Source: a virus (Duplodnaviria; Caudoviricetes). Taken from it: a stretch of 64,000 nt of DNA. How positions within the stretch are numbered: the first letter of the stretch is position 1; every line of letters starts with the position of its first letter. The position numbers and the translations under genes were made by a program. The notes under the pieces are model-generated. The model had not been told where the DNA came from. It did no database searches and worked only from the letters and a program-made list of their open reading frames with translations. Below are positions 1-8,537 of the stretch, in pieces. The stretch is from IMG/VR virus record IMGVR_UViG_3300021958_011004, positions 8,275 through 72,274 of that record; one strand, given 5' to 3'.

Positions 1-267
1 ACCATCTTGGTCATACGAAGCAGTTCCATCCCATGTCGCAGTCTCAAATGGAGGTTGCACAGGATTTGGAGAAACACCACAAACTGCAACGGGTCTCATT
101 GGGTCAACATAACCTGTTTCTTCAATTGAAGAATCTAAATATTGTGTATCGCTGGTGTCTTGTGTATCAATAATAGAAACGCTAGTATCTCGACCTAAGA
201 ATATTCCTTCGTCCTTTGGTTTTAAGTCGTAATCAGAGCACGACATTAATAAAGATAATAAGAACAT
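1..267 (-). CDS. Partial lipoprotein with PKD-like domain (runs off window start)
   Basis: Manual translation MFLLSLLMSCSDYDLKPKD...VAVCGVSPNPVQPPFETATWDGTASYDQDG; lipobox-like Cys; GGAGG upstream. Confidence 0.6.
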   Translation of the reverse strand, partial: MFLLSLLMSCSDYDLKPKDEGIFLGRDTSVSIIDTQDTSDTQYLDSSIEETGYVDPMRPVAVCGVSPNPVQPPFETATWDGTASYDQDG

Positions 268-297
268 TTAATCCCCTCCCCCTGAATATAATAGTAA

Positions 298-1389
298 TTA
301 TTTAACAAAAACTGAATTGAATTGTTGTGTGCATCTAACAAACGTAGTACACTTACTTAACTGCTTGAGTGTCGGAGCTCCAACATAAGTACAAGTTGAA
401 CGCAAACCACCTAGAATGTCAGAGATTGTATCAGCAACTTTTCCTTTGTATGGGACCTCTACAGTCCTACCTTCTGATGAACGATAATCTGCAACACCAC
501 CATTATGCTTTTTCATCGCCGTATCTGATGACATACCATAAAACTGAATAAACATTTTATCTTCTTGTTTAGGTCCTAAGTCTTCTTCACAGAAGAAGTC
601 TAATCTTCTTTCTCCTGTTTGAAACCTACGTACTTTAATCTCACCGCCGCCTTCATCATGACCTGCAAGCATTCCACCTAACATCACAAAGTCTGCACCA
701 GCTGCAAAAGCTTTTGCAACATCTCCAGGACATGTACAACCGCCATCAGCAATGACATGTCCTCCTAAACCATGCGCTGCATCAGCACATTCAATAACAG
801 CTGAAAGTTGTGGATAACCAACTCCTGTTTGTATTCTAGTGGTACAGACAGATCCTGGACCTATACCAACCTTGACAACATCTGCACCAGCTAGAATCAG
901 CTCCTGCGTCATATCGGCTGTAACTACATTTCCAGCAATAATGTTTTTGTCAGGAAAATCTTTTCGAACTGTTCGAACAAAATCGACAAAGTGCTCTGAA
1001 TAACCGTTTGCTATATCAATACAAATCCAGCTAAGATTGTTCGTTGCAATTATTTCTTTTGCCCTTTCATATTCTTTTAAGTTTGTTCCTATGCTTATCG
1101 CAACATGGTCTAGACTTATTTGACCAAACTGGTTGTACCAATCCTTTGGTGTGTTTTGTTTTGTGATGCAAGTAAATAAATCCAGTTTTGATAATTCATG
1201 AGCCATGTTGAATGTTCCGACGCCATCCATGTTTGCAGCCATGATCGGTATTCCTGACCAAAAGTTACCACTATTTCTAAACTTAAATTTCCTTCGTAAA
1301 TCAACATCTTTTCTACTTTTGAGTGTACTACGCTTGGGTTGAATTAAAACGTCTTTATAGTCTAGTTTAACTTCATTTATTATTCTCAT
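298..1389 (-). CDS. guaC: GMP reductase
   Basis: [30 protein letters not shown] motifs; no CBS domains; start taken at ATG of MRIINE. Confidence 0.95.
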   Translation of the reverse strand: MRIINEVKLDYKDVLIQPKRSTLKSRKDVDLRRKFKFRNSGNFWSGIPIMAANMDGVGTFNMAHELSKLDLFTCITKQNTPKDWYNQFGQISLDHVAISIGTNLKEYERAKEIIATNNLSWICIDIANGYSEHFVDFVRTVRKDFPDKNIIAGNVVTADMTQELILAGADVVKVGIGPGSVCTTRIQTGVGYPQLSAVIECADAAHGLGGHVIADGGCTCPGDVAKAFAAGADFVMLGGMLAGHDEGGGEIKVRRFQTGERRLDFFCEEDLGPKQEDKMFIQFYGMSSDTAMKKHNGGVADYRSSEGRTVEVPYKGKVADTISDILGGLRSTCTYVGAPTLKQLSKCTTFVRCTQQFNSVFVK

Positions 1390-1645
1390 CAACGTCCTCT
1401 TCTTCGGTTTTTAAGTTTAAATTAAATGTCTTGATGAAACCTAACACAGCACTAATCTTATAGACATTTGTAGCTTTTTCAAAGATAGTTGAATTGATTG
1501 AATAGTAATTATCAATTCCTTTATCGTTAATTGTCTTGATTAGTTCTTCAGTGTGTTTAACAACTGATTGAGCATTAAGTAGCAAGTCTTTTACTAATTG
1601 CATTTGAACATCAAATGTTTCAGTTTCATTTTTTGTTTTCATCAA
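1373..1645 (-). CDS. Hypothetical protein
   Basis: ORF in co-directional run, coupled to guaC. Confidence 0.5.
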   Translation of the reverse strand: MMKTKNETETFDVQMQLVKDLLLNAQSVVKHTEELIKTINDKGIDNYYSINSTIFEKATNVYKISAVLGFIKTFNLNLKTEEEDVDENNK

Positions 1646-1779
1646 TTACCTCAATGTCAACTATACTGAGAGTTTCTGGTTTATACAAACCAGGTTTCAA
1701 AAAAACAACTGTTGCCCATTTTTCTTCTTGATTAATGTCAATAAGCACGCCTTTCTTTTTCTTTTTGCATAATACAATG

Positions 1780-2013
1780 TCACCTATTTTCATTTTTTAC
1801 CTCTAATTTTTTATCCCACCACCCTTCAAAAAAGTAGTGAATTATTGTCATCGAAATGCCAAGTACAACTGTTAGTTCTAATGATTTAGTTGCGCTGCCC
1901 AAATAGAAGTAAGCTATTAGCCATGAGAATAAAATTGATAATATTCTCCATACTATCACTTTCTTTAATTTATCATTCAATTTTCTTTCCTCAGATTTTA
2001 AACTTAGAAACAA
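1780..2013 (-). CDS. Small membrane protein (DUF2061-like)
   Basis: KVIVWRILS...TIIHYFFEGWW with two hydrophobic helices. Confidence 0.55.
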   Translation of the reverse strand: MFLSLKSEERKLNDKLKKVIVWRILSILFSWLIAYFYLGSATKSLELTVVLGISMTIIHYFFEGWWDKKLEVKNENR

Positions 2014-2206
2014 TCACCAAGTCTTTTTCAGCTGTTTCCTCATAAAGCTTTTCACAGGGTCTCATATCACAGCCTCTATCACAATCATACACAAACCATA
2101 AAATCTTAAAACAAGTGTGCTCATTAATACTTTTGTCTTTATCTAAGACTAATCCAATATAGTCTTTGCTCCACCAGAGCCTAACAATGTCACCCGTTCT
2201 TATCAT
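1991..2206 (-). CDS. KOW/SH3-like microprotein
   Basis: MIRTGDIVRLWWSKDYIGLV. Confidence 0.45.
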   Translation of the reverse strand: MIRTGDIVRLWWSKDYIGLVLDKDKSINEHTCFKILWFVYDCDRGCDMRPCEKLYEETAEKDLVIVSKFKI

Positions 2207-2234
2207 TGTTTTAAGCACGATCCTTCAAACAATA

Positions 2235-2259
2235 AAAAACCAGCACGAAGCTGGTTTTT
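2235..2259. terminator. Intrinsic terminator (bidirectional form)
   Basis: AAAAACCAGC-ACGAA-GCTGGTTTTT hairpin between genes. Confidence 0.75.
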
Positions 2260-2280
2260 AAAGCTTAACATAATATCAAA

Positions 2281-2733
2281 CTAACGTCTGATTCTTCTTT
2301 GTTTTCTTCTTCTTAGCGACTCAGACATATAATCCATCGGAAAAATCAGTTTCTGACATTTAGCAACAACACTCCTACCGAGCTTAGTCGCATAATCATC
2401 ACCTAAAGTCTCGGCATCCGAAAGCAAGTCTTTGTTAGGATCGAATATATATTCCTCGCCAGTAATTTTGTTTGTAAGTTCTACATCACCATCATCATCA
2501 ATTGAAACTATAATCGCAATAGTATCTTCAGTTTCGTAATCATATACCAAAATGTTTTCAGCATTTTCCTGTCCATCTTGAATATTTATCGTTTCTAATC
2601 CCTGATCTTTACAATCTTCGATTATTGCGGATGCAATTTGATATGAATAAGAATTAACACGAGCGTGTGTATAACTACTATCATACATCTCTTTTAAAAT
2701 CATTTTTCTTAATTGTTTTCTTGATAATTTCAT
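2281..2733 (-). CDS. Hypothetical protein with MKxxxxQLR leader (putative virion internal protein)
   Basis: N-terminus MKLSRKQLRKMILKEM; basic C-terminus. Confidence 0.6.
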   Translation of the reverse strand: MKLSRKQLRKMILKEMYDSSYTHARVNSYSYQIASAIIEDCKDQGLETINIQDGQENAENILVYDYETEDTIAIIVSIDDDGDVELTNKITGEEYIFDPNKDLLSDAETLGDDYATKLGRSVVAKCQKLIFPMDYMSESLRRRKQRRIRR

Positions 2734-2813
2734 CTTTTAATTCTCCACAAAAGCTTTTGTATAGTTTTAATTATAATCTATGAAAATAAAGTTCTATCTC
2801 TGCAATAAAAAAA

Positions 2814-2851
2814 TGGACCCTCAAGGACTTGAACCTTGGACCTGCCGATTA
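2814..2851 (-). pseudogene. Displaced 3' part of a tRNA (position ~36 to discriminator; Ile/Met-like)
   Basis: Minus strand TAA TCGGC AGGTC CAAGG TTCAAGT CCTTG AGGGTCC A: intact T arm; acceptor 3' strand pairs 7/7 with GGACCCT at 3631-3637. Confidence 0.8.
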
Positions 2852-3493
2852 GTATAGGTGATTGTGTATCTCATAAGTCCCTTTTTTAATTTTGTTGATT
2901 TCATTTTTTTTAATGACAATTAAGTTTTCTACAACTTCCCACTTGGCCAAATCTTTTTCTGTCTGATATCCTTTAACTTCAACATATCGATCAAACTCAG
3001 GAAGATAAAAGTCAGGATAATAACTTCTTTCTTTTCCTTCGTAAATATACGAAAATGATTCTACCTTATTAGTCCATTTAATTCCTTTAGAGTCTAAATA
3101 TTTTGCAGTTAACAGTTCCCATGTGCCTCTAAGACTAAATCCTTTATGTTCGTATATTTTGGTCCTTCCGCCCTTATTTCCATGGCGATATGACTCAGGA
3201 TTGTTTTTTGCAACTTCAGACATAATTTTACTATGATTTTCTTTTCTATCTTTAGACCAAGTTTTCCCTTTGTTGCTTTTTGACAATTTCTCTCTTGTTT
3301 CTTTTGAAACTTTAAAGTTTGGATTTTTTGTAAATTGATTATTTGTTTTCTTCCCGTACATGGGATTATTTTTTCCTTTTCTTCTGGTAGCTGGATGAGC
3401 AACAGAATTTGGGTTTAATTTGCAGTACCCTTTATGACTGCTAAGTGCATTAATCGTTTTATATTCTTTAGAACAAAATTGACAGATTTCCAT
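2849..3493 (-). CDS. Homing-endonuclease-like protein (Zn finger + NUMOD3-like + PD-(D/E)XK)
   Basis: CQFC...H...C; KETREKLSKSNKGK; YYPDFYLPEFDRYVEVKGY; start at MEICQ with AGGAG upstream. Confidence 0.75.
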   Translation of the reverse strand: MEICQFCSKEYKTINALSSHKGYCKLNPNSVAHPATRRKGKNNPMYGKKTNNQFTKNPNFKVSKETREKLSKSNKGKTWSKDRKENHSKIMSEVAKNNPESYRHGNKGGRTKIYEHKGFSLRGTWELLTAKYLDSKGIKWTNKVESFSYIYEGKERSYYPDFYLPEFDRYVEVKGYQTEKDLAKWEVVENLIVIKKNEINKIKKGTYEIHNHLY

Positions 3494-3572
3494 GTGTAAC
3501 TCCTGATATATCTTATATAAGTATATACCATTTAAGTTAACTGCTCTAACCTTTAGAAAATAAATTGAAAGA

Positions 3573-3637
3573 GTAGACAGGGTGGGGATTGAACCCACGA
3601 CCCCGGAGTTATGAGCTCCTCACTGAGCTAAGGGTCC
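3573..3637 (-). pseudogene. Chimeric, D-arm-less tRNA(CAT)-like sequence
   Basis: GGACCCT TA GCTC AGTG AGGAG CTCATAA CTCCG GGGTC GTGGG TTCAATC CCCAC CCTGTCT A: anticodon and T arms good, D arm missing, acceptor stem only 4/7. Confidence 0.7.
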
Positions 3638-3646
3638 AAAAAAGAA

Positions 3647-3720
<74 letters not shown>

Positions 3721-3764
3721 ATAAGTTTTTTGTTTTTAAAAGAACGTTTTATTTAATTGTTTAT

Positions 3765-3793
3765 ATTATACCAAACAAAACAATGTATTACAT
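3765..3793 (-). promoter_or_regulatory. Promoter ATGTAA-N17-TATAAT upstream of tRNA cluster
   Basis: Member of a recurring nTGYAA-N17-TATA(A/T)T class seen at 10 sites. Confidence 0.7.
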
Positions 3794-3796
3794 GTT

Positions 3797-4240
3797 TTAT
3801 TTTAAAAGTTTCCCATAAAGATACCATAAATTGTCTCGTATCTTTGTAGGTTTGCTAACCTCAAGAAGATTTCTTTTGTCACAAATTGCTGAAAGATAGC
3901 TAGCTGATCGTCGCTCAACTTTTTCTTTTGTATTTGCTGTTACAGAAAAAGATAAGTTGTCACAACATCTTTCAAACCATATATCTGTTGATTTCCACAA
4001 AGACCAGTCCTCTGAAAGTTTGAAGTATTTATCGGGTCTTTCATGAACTTTAAGAGCGATTAATATATTAATAAACTTCTCTAACTCTTTACCCTTTGAA
4101 ACAGGTTCTTTTGTTATCCAACACTCACCAGAACTGCTTCTAACCTCAATCTTGGCTTTGTGCCATCCATTACTATGGACACGATAACAGTATTGTTGAA
4201 TACTGCCTGACAACGTGTAGGGCTGTAATTCTAAGTTCAT
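3797..4240 (-). CDS. Hypothetical protein
   Basis: ORF track; coupled stop/start. Confidence 0.55.
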   Translation of the reverse strand: MNLELQPYTLSGSIQQYCYRVHSNGWHKAKIEVRSSSGECWITKEPVSKGKELEKFINILIALKVHERPDKYFKLSEDWSLWKSTDIWFERCCDNLSFSVTANTKEKVERRSASYLSAICDKRNLLEVSKPTKIRDNLWYLYGKLLK

Positions 4241-4470
4241 ATAATCTTTTTAATCCTGGGTTTAAACTTTGTAACTAGCTTGCCTTTTGAATTGTAAGTT
4301 CTTAAGTCTTCATGATTGACTGGATGTTTAAAAAGAGAAAGTGGGTCTTTTTTATCACGTTCACATTCAATAACTTCTTCAATTGAACGCTCAATGATTA
4401 CACCATTGACATAATCAACATAAACTCTGTGCCAGTTTTTAGGATTGGTCTTGTTTATCTTATCGGCCAT
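4237..4470 (-). CDS. Hypothetical protein
   Basis: ORF track; overlapping neighbours. Confidence 0.5.
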   Translation of the reverse strand: MADKINKTNPKNWHRVYVDYVNGVIIERSIEEVIECERDKKDPLSLFKHPVNHEDLRTYNSKGKLVTKFKPRIKKII

Positions 4471-5108
4471 GACTTAAAGTCTTTATTCTTTTTCTTGATA
4501 GGTTTTTTAATATGAGAATCCATGTCTTCTGGTTCTTCAATATCTCCTATCCCTGGAAAATGATATACATTCTTCTTAAGCCCGCTTGCTGTTACTTCTA
4601 TTGATTTATAAAACGCCTGTTTTTCTTCAGGGTTATCAAACTGACTAGATTTAATTGCTGCCTCAAGATGTTTTGTCTTATCCAGATAGTCTTGCATATT
4701 TTCTGTCTCGTTACCCGTTAGTCTTGTTTCTTCGTTGTTAGCTTCTTTCCAAGTTTCATTGAAGATTACTAGACCCACAACAAGCCATCCTAGACTTTTA
4801 GCTTCTACAGAATCCATGTCAATTATTGTTGATTCAGCTAATGTTTTAAGAAACACTCTGTTTTCTTCTTCTAGTTCTAATGCAACTATTTCAGTGTTTT
4901 CATATGAAACAATAATAGTTGTGTCATCAACCAATTCAGACCAAAATTCATTTTCAGAAGAATTAATAAAATCATCAAGCGATTGAAAATAGAAGAATTT
5001 TGCATCATCATCTAAGGTTGCAGATTTAGAAAGCTCCAACCCGTTTAGCAAGATTTCCATGAATTCTTCACGAGAGATTTGTAGTTGAACTTGTTTTGTT
5101 TCAGTCAT
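4455..5108 (-). CDS. Hypothetical acidic protein
   Basis: GGAGG RBS and promoter upstream. Confidence 0.6.
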   Translation of the reverse strand: MTETKQVQLQISREEFMEILLNGLELSKSATLDDDAKFFYFQSLDDFINSSENEFWSELVDDTTIIVSYENTEIVALELEEENRVFLKTLAESTIIDMDSVEAKSLGWLVVGLVIFNETWKEANNEETRLTGNETENMQDYLDKTKHLEAAIKSSQFDNPEEKQAFYKSIEVTASGLKKNVYHFPGIGDIEEPEDMDSHIKKPIKKKNKDFKSWPIR

Positions 5109-5128
5109 TTAATTTCCTCCATGTTTTT

Positions 5129-5157
5129 ATTATAACTTTTAAATTACAATTTTGCAT
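5129..5157 (-). promoter_or_regulatory. Promoter ATGCAA-N17-TATAAT
   Basis: Exact spacing matches class consensus. Confidence 0.65.
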
Positions 5158-5165
5158 GCAAGGAA

Positions 5166-5753
5166 CTAACTGTGAATCTTGCTAACTATATTCCAGAAAA
5201 CTTCTCTACAATCTTCTGCATCTTTAAGAGCTTCATGATTACCTTCAGTTGATATATCAAAATGTTCTCTAATTGCATCTAGATTTTGGCGTTCAGTTGG
5301 TAACGTAACAAAAGAAAGCGCACAAGTATCAATTAGAGGATAACCAATTTTATAGATGTTGTTATCTAAATCTAGTCTTCCACCCAAATCTGTTTCACGC
5401 CATCCATATCTTGATAGAACTGCACGAATGTGCGATATATCAAAATTAATGTTATGAGCAACTATAGGTCCCCAAGCTAGCGCTTCGGCAATCTTTGGAG
5501 CAACTTCATCAAAAGTAGGAGCATCAGACCACTCTTCTTCATTGTAACGACAAATCTCTAGAGCTTCTTTAGAAGCAAACTTTAACTCAACTGATTTTGG
5601 CTTAATCTTTGTTGACCATACTTCTTGTTTGTTACCATCACCCATCCAGTCTTTAATAACTGCGATTGAAAGAATTGCACTTCTTGACGGGTCAAGGTTA
5701 GTTGTTTCAATATCAATAAAGGTTACAGTCTTACAGTTTGTTATGTTGCTCAT
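5166..5753 (-). CDS. DEDDh 3'-5' exonuclease (DnaQ/PolC-exo-like)
   Basis: FIDIETT, AHNINFD, H.ALKDA motifs. Confidence 0.88.
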   Translation of the reverse strand: MSNITNCKTVTFIDIETTNLDPSRSAILSIAVIKDWMGDGNKQEVWSTKIKPKSVELKFASKEALEICRYNEEEWSDAPTFDEVAPKIAEALAWGPIVAHNINFDISHIRAVLSRYGWRETDLGGRLDLDNNIYKIGYPLIDTCALSFVTLPTERQNLDAIREHFDISTEGNHEALKDAEDCREVFWNIVSKIHS

Positions 5754-5756
5754 TTG

Positions 5757-6059
5757 TTATACTCCGTCACAATCATCATTGTCATCATTATCATTACTGC
5801 TGTTATAGGGACTAAATAAGTCAGGGTCATCTGTTTTGTCATCATCAAACCAACCCCACATATCATCCTCTACTTGGTCATTATACGCATCTGCAAGTCT
5901 TTTTACAAATTCATAACCTGACATTTTATCCATTTGTATTTCAGTGTTGCCATAATCGTTAATAATTCTAAACTTGTCACCGTCTCTTTCAAGGTGAAAT
6001 ACTTCTGAAGAACCATTGCCATTATTAACATTCCAACTTCTTATTCTTTTCCAAGCCAT
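5757..6059 (-). CDS. Hypothetical protein, Asp-rich tail
   Basis: ORF track. Confidence 0.5.
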   Translation of the reverse strand: MAWKRIRSWNVNNGNGSSEVFHLERDGDKFRIINDYGNTEIQMDKMSGYEFVKRLADAYNDQVEDDMWGWFDDDKTDDPDLFSPYNSSNDNDDNDDCDGV

Positions 6060-6062
6060 TGA

Positions 6063-6383
6063 CTAATCCTTAATACTTTCAAATGCTTCTTTAATTGCTT
6101 CACATTTTTTAAAGCCACTCAATCTTTTCTTTTCAATATACACACCGTCTTCTCGCTTTAAAAAGACAAGTGTAGGAACTGCTCGGATTTGAAATTCACT
6201 AGAAAGAGCATTGTAATCTTCGATGTTAACTTTAAAAACTTCAATATCAGAGTTTCTTTCGGAAAAGTTTTCTAGTTCTGGTGTCATTCTCTTACATGGC
6301 CCACACCAGCTTGCATAGAAATCAACAAGACAATAATCTTTCTTTAAGTCGTCTCTGAAATTCTCATTTAAAATGTCTTTCAT
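6063..6383 (-). CDS. trxA: Thioredoxin
   Basis: VDFYASWCGPCK; AVPTL. Confidence 0.93.
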   Translation of the reverse strand: MKDILNENFRDDLKKDYCLVDFYASWCGPCKRMTPELENFSERNSDIEVFKVNIEDYNALSSEFQIRAVPTLVFLKREDGVYIEKKRLSGFKKCEAIKEAFESIKD

Positions 6384-6386
6384 TTT

Positions 6387-6578
6387 TTATTCCTTTTTTA
6401 TTTTTTCAATGAACTCTGATGCATTGCCTTTACAAACAATGGTTCCAAAGTTGTTTGTTCTTATCTTGAATGTGTTCTTAGTGTTCTCTTGAACAAGAAT
6501 TATTTGATACACGTTGATATAATACTTTTCATTTTCTGTATTTATAACTTCAATTATTGGCAAAACTTTTGAATTCAA
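6387..6578 (-). CDS. Hypothetical protein (FlbD/LytTR-like beta-rich microprotein)
   Basis: YYINVYQIILVQE pattern only. Confidence 0.4.
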   Translation of the reverse strand: MNSKVLPIIEVINTENEKYYINVYQIILVQENTKNTFKIRTNNFGTIVCKGNASEFIEKIKKE

Positions 6579-6580
6579 AA

Positions 6581-6856
6581 CTATTCTCCTATTTCTTGCA
6601 AAACTTCAAAATCATTTGACGCAACATCAGAAACAAAATAAACATCTCTTACTCCTCCTACTGTTGCTTTTATTGAATAATGAAATTGATTATACTCAGT
6701 ATCTTTTAACAAATTACATTCATCAACAAAAATCAAATCTTGAGGAAATAAAATTATCTTTTCAATAGAATCATATTGAGGATTATTGGGATTTTCAATA
6801 ATCTTTGTTCCTGTAATTTCATTACAAGCTTTTAAGATTTGTCCCTGTTTAATCAT
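6581..6856 (-). CDS. Hypothetical protein
   Basis: GGAG RBS, promoter upstream. Confidence 0.55.
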   Translation of the reverse strand: MIKQGQILKACNEITGTKIIENPNNPQYDSIEKIILFPQDLIFVDECNLLKDTEYNQFHYSIKATVGGVRDVYFVSDVASNDFEVLQEIGE

Positions 6857-6896
6857 TGTTTCTCCAACATAAAAGGATTTTATTTGTCATGTATAT

Positions 6897-6925
6897 ATTA
6901 TACAAAAAAGGCGTGCAATTTGCAC
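6897..6925 (-). promoter_or_regulatory. Promoter GTGCAA-N17-TATAAT overlapping a terminator hairpin
   Basis: Class consensus. Confidence 0.6.
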
Positions 6926-6930
6926 GCCTT
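6904..6930 (-). terminator. Intrinsic terminator
   Basis: AAGGCGTGCAA-A-TTGCACGCCTT followed by T run on minus strand. Confidence 0.75.
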
Positions 6931-6956
6931 AATAAAACAACTTAAAAAACTAGAGA

Positions 6957-7184
6957 CTAATCGTCAGTAGTTTCTGTAGTGGTTTCTTCAGTTTCGGTAG
7001 TTGTAGTAGCTGCCTGAGTCTCAACAGTTGTTTCAGTTGATGTAGTCGTTACGGTTTCGTCAACTGTTCCGTGTGTATGAGTTTCTTCTGCTACTGTTTG
7101 TGTTTCTGTAGTTGTTTCTTCTGTAGTTGCAACTTCAGTCTCTGCTGGGCACGCAAAGAATAACAATGATAGTGCTAAAATCAT
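6957..7184 (-). CDS. Thr/Glu-rich small lipoprotein
   Basis: MILALSLLFFAC then low-complexity T/E tail. Confidence 0.65.
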   Translation of the reverse strand: MILALSLLFFACPAETEVATTEETTTETQTVAEETHTHGTVDETVTTTSTETTVETQAATTTTETEETTTETTDD

Positions 7185-7435
7185 TATTCACCACCTGTGT
7201 CTTCTTGACCAGTTTCTTCAGCAGAGCCAGTGTCTTCTGGTTCAGACCCAGTATCTACTGGTTCGGGTTCAACACCCGTGTCTTCTGGCTCATCTGCTGG
7301 TTCTTCAGCAGTGTCTGCAGCTTCCGCTGTATCAAGTTCTTCACAATCACATGACTCTTCCTTGTCGCCACATGCTGTCAAGGTTAATAATGATAATGCA
7401 CCGCCCAATGCAAGTGCTTCAATTAATGTGCGCAT
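7184..7435 (-). CDS. Acidic lipoprotein with DTG repeats
   Basis: LTLTACGD lipobox; repeated (E/V)DTG units. Confidence 0.7.
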   Translation of the reverse strand: MRTLIEALALGGALSLLTLTACGDKEESCDCEELDTAEAADTAEEPADEPEDTGVEPEPVDTGSEPEDTGSAEETGQEDTGGE

Positions 7436-7467
7436 AATCGTCTCCTTTTTTTGTATTACGCTTTCAC

Positions 7468-7491
7468 AAAAAACGCCTCTTTTAAAGGCGT
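7468..7491 (-). terminator. Possible intrinsic terminator
   Basis: ACGCCT...AGGCGT hairpin with T run on minus strand; sits downstream of a promoter so could be attenuator-like. Confidence 0.45.
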
Positions 7492-7496
7492 CTTAT

Positions 7497-7525
7497 AATA
7501 TAACAAATTTCTGTTTTGTTTACAA
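7497..7525 (-). promoter_or_regulatory. Promoter TTGTAA-N17-TATATT
   Basis: Class consensus with TG extension. Confidence 0.55.
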
Positions 7526-7527
7526 AA

Positions 7528-8493
7528 CTATGATTGTTTTTTCTCATCTTTAAGTTTTGTTGGAGTTTCAGGAACAATAAAACCACTTTCTTCTTTTAAC
7601 CCAGTAACATAATAGTTATTAAATCCCGGTCCGTCTATCTCTAATCTTCCGTTTCTCCAAGCAGCACTTGTTTTGTCGCTCAGATTTGTATTCGTAAGAT
7701 TAATTGCAAGAACACTTAAACCACTTCCCTTGGGAGGGTCAGGATATTTTCGAGTTGTAACCCTAATACCACGCAAAGCTTTTGCATCTTCAACTAGTTT
7801 TGATATATCAACTGTATCTGCTGCCATTATTGCTGCCTGATTTGAATCAAGTCTGTCAACGGGTATTGAAAGTAAATTGACATGATTTTGAAATGGTGGA
7901 TCAAAGACACCAGGTTTAACAGAAAGCTTTATTCCTCCCACACCGGGCAAATAATAAACTGCTTCTTTTTCTGAAGCTTCAGATCCACCTTTAGGTTCTG
8001 CTTTTTTAGCAGGTTCTTTTACTTTTGAACCCATAGCAACACCAGAAGCCTGAACCATTGATGCTAAGAAATCTTTAAATTCAGCCGCTTTTGATTCATC
8101 TTTCCCACTAACAAGTTTTTCTTTTGCCTTTCCTTTAGCATCAACCTGATTAGGGTAGTTACTGAAATAAACTGCACGCATATCAGCAAGTAGTTTTCCG
8201 ACACCTTTGCCCACACTAGAATCACTAGCTTTCACAGAAAAAGATTTGTTAAAAGGTTTGCCGTTCTTTGTGGGAACATCAACCTTGAGCTCGGTCATTC
8301 CTTCATCAGAGAATTTCATTGAATCCCAGTTGACTTTATATGTATAAGGATCTTCTTTGGCTCTCCTTTCCATTGCTGCAAAAGTATCGTTTTTTTCATC
8401 ATAGTCATAGTATTCAGTTTTAAAATCACCTACAGCCTCAACAATTAAAACTGATCTAATAATTTTTCTTAATTGAGACTCTGTTAGTTTCAT
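7528..8493 (-). CDS. Hypothetical protein with MKxxxxQLR leader
   Basis: MKLTESQLRKIIRSVLIVEA. Confidence 0.65.
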   Translation of the reverse strand: MKLTESQLRKIIRSVLIVEAVGDFKTEYYDYDEKNDTFAAMERRAKEDPYTYKVNWDSMKFSDEGMTELKVDVPTKNGKPFNKSFSVKASDSSVGKGVGKLLADMRAVYFSNYPNQVDAKGKAKEKLVSGKDESKAAEFKDFLASMVQASGVAMGSKVKEPAKKAEPKGGSEASEKEAVYYLPGVGGIKLSVKPGVFDPPFQNHVNLLSIPVDRLDSNQAAIMAADTVDISKLVEDAKALRGIRVTTRKYPDPPKGSGLSVLAINLTNTNLSDKTSAAWRNGRLEIDGPGFNNYYVTGLKEESGFIVPETPTKLKDEKKQS

Positions 8494-8537
8494 CTTCTTC
8501 TCCGTTACTTTTTAATATATATTACTCAAAAAGTTGA

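Noticed and set aside
2852-3621. Group I intron in the tRNA
   Set aside because: No recognisable P7/catalytic core, no terminal G before the 3' exon, and the 5' anticodon-stem strand (GCCGA) is absent, so splicing could not restore a tRNA
6957-7435. Tandem DNA repeats in T/E- and DTG-rich genes
   Set aside because: Low-complexity coding bias without regular unit periodicity; no evidence of a phase-variable repeat
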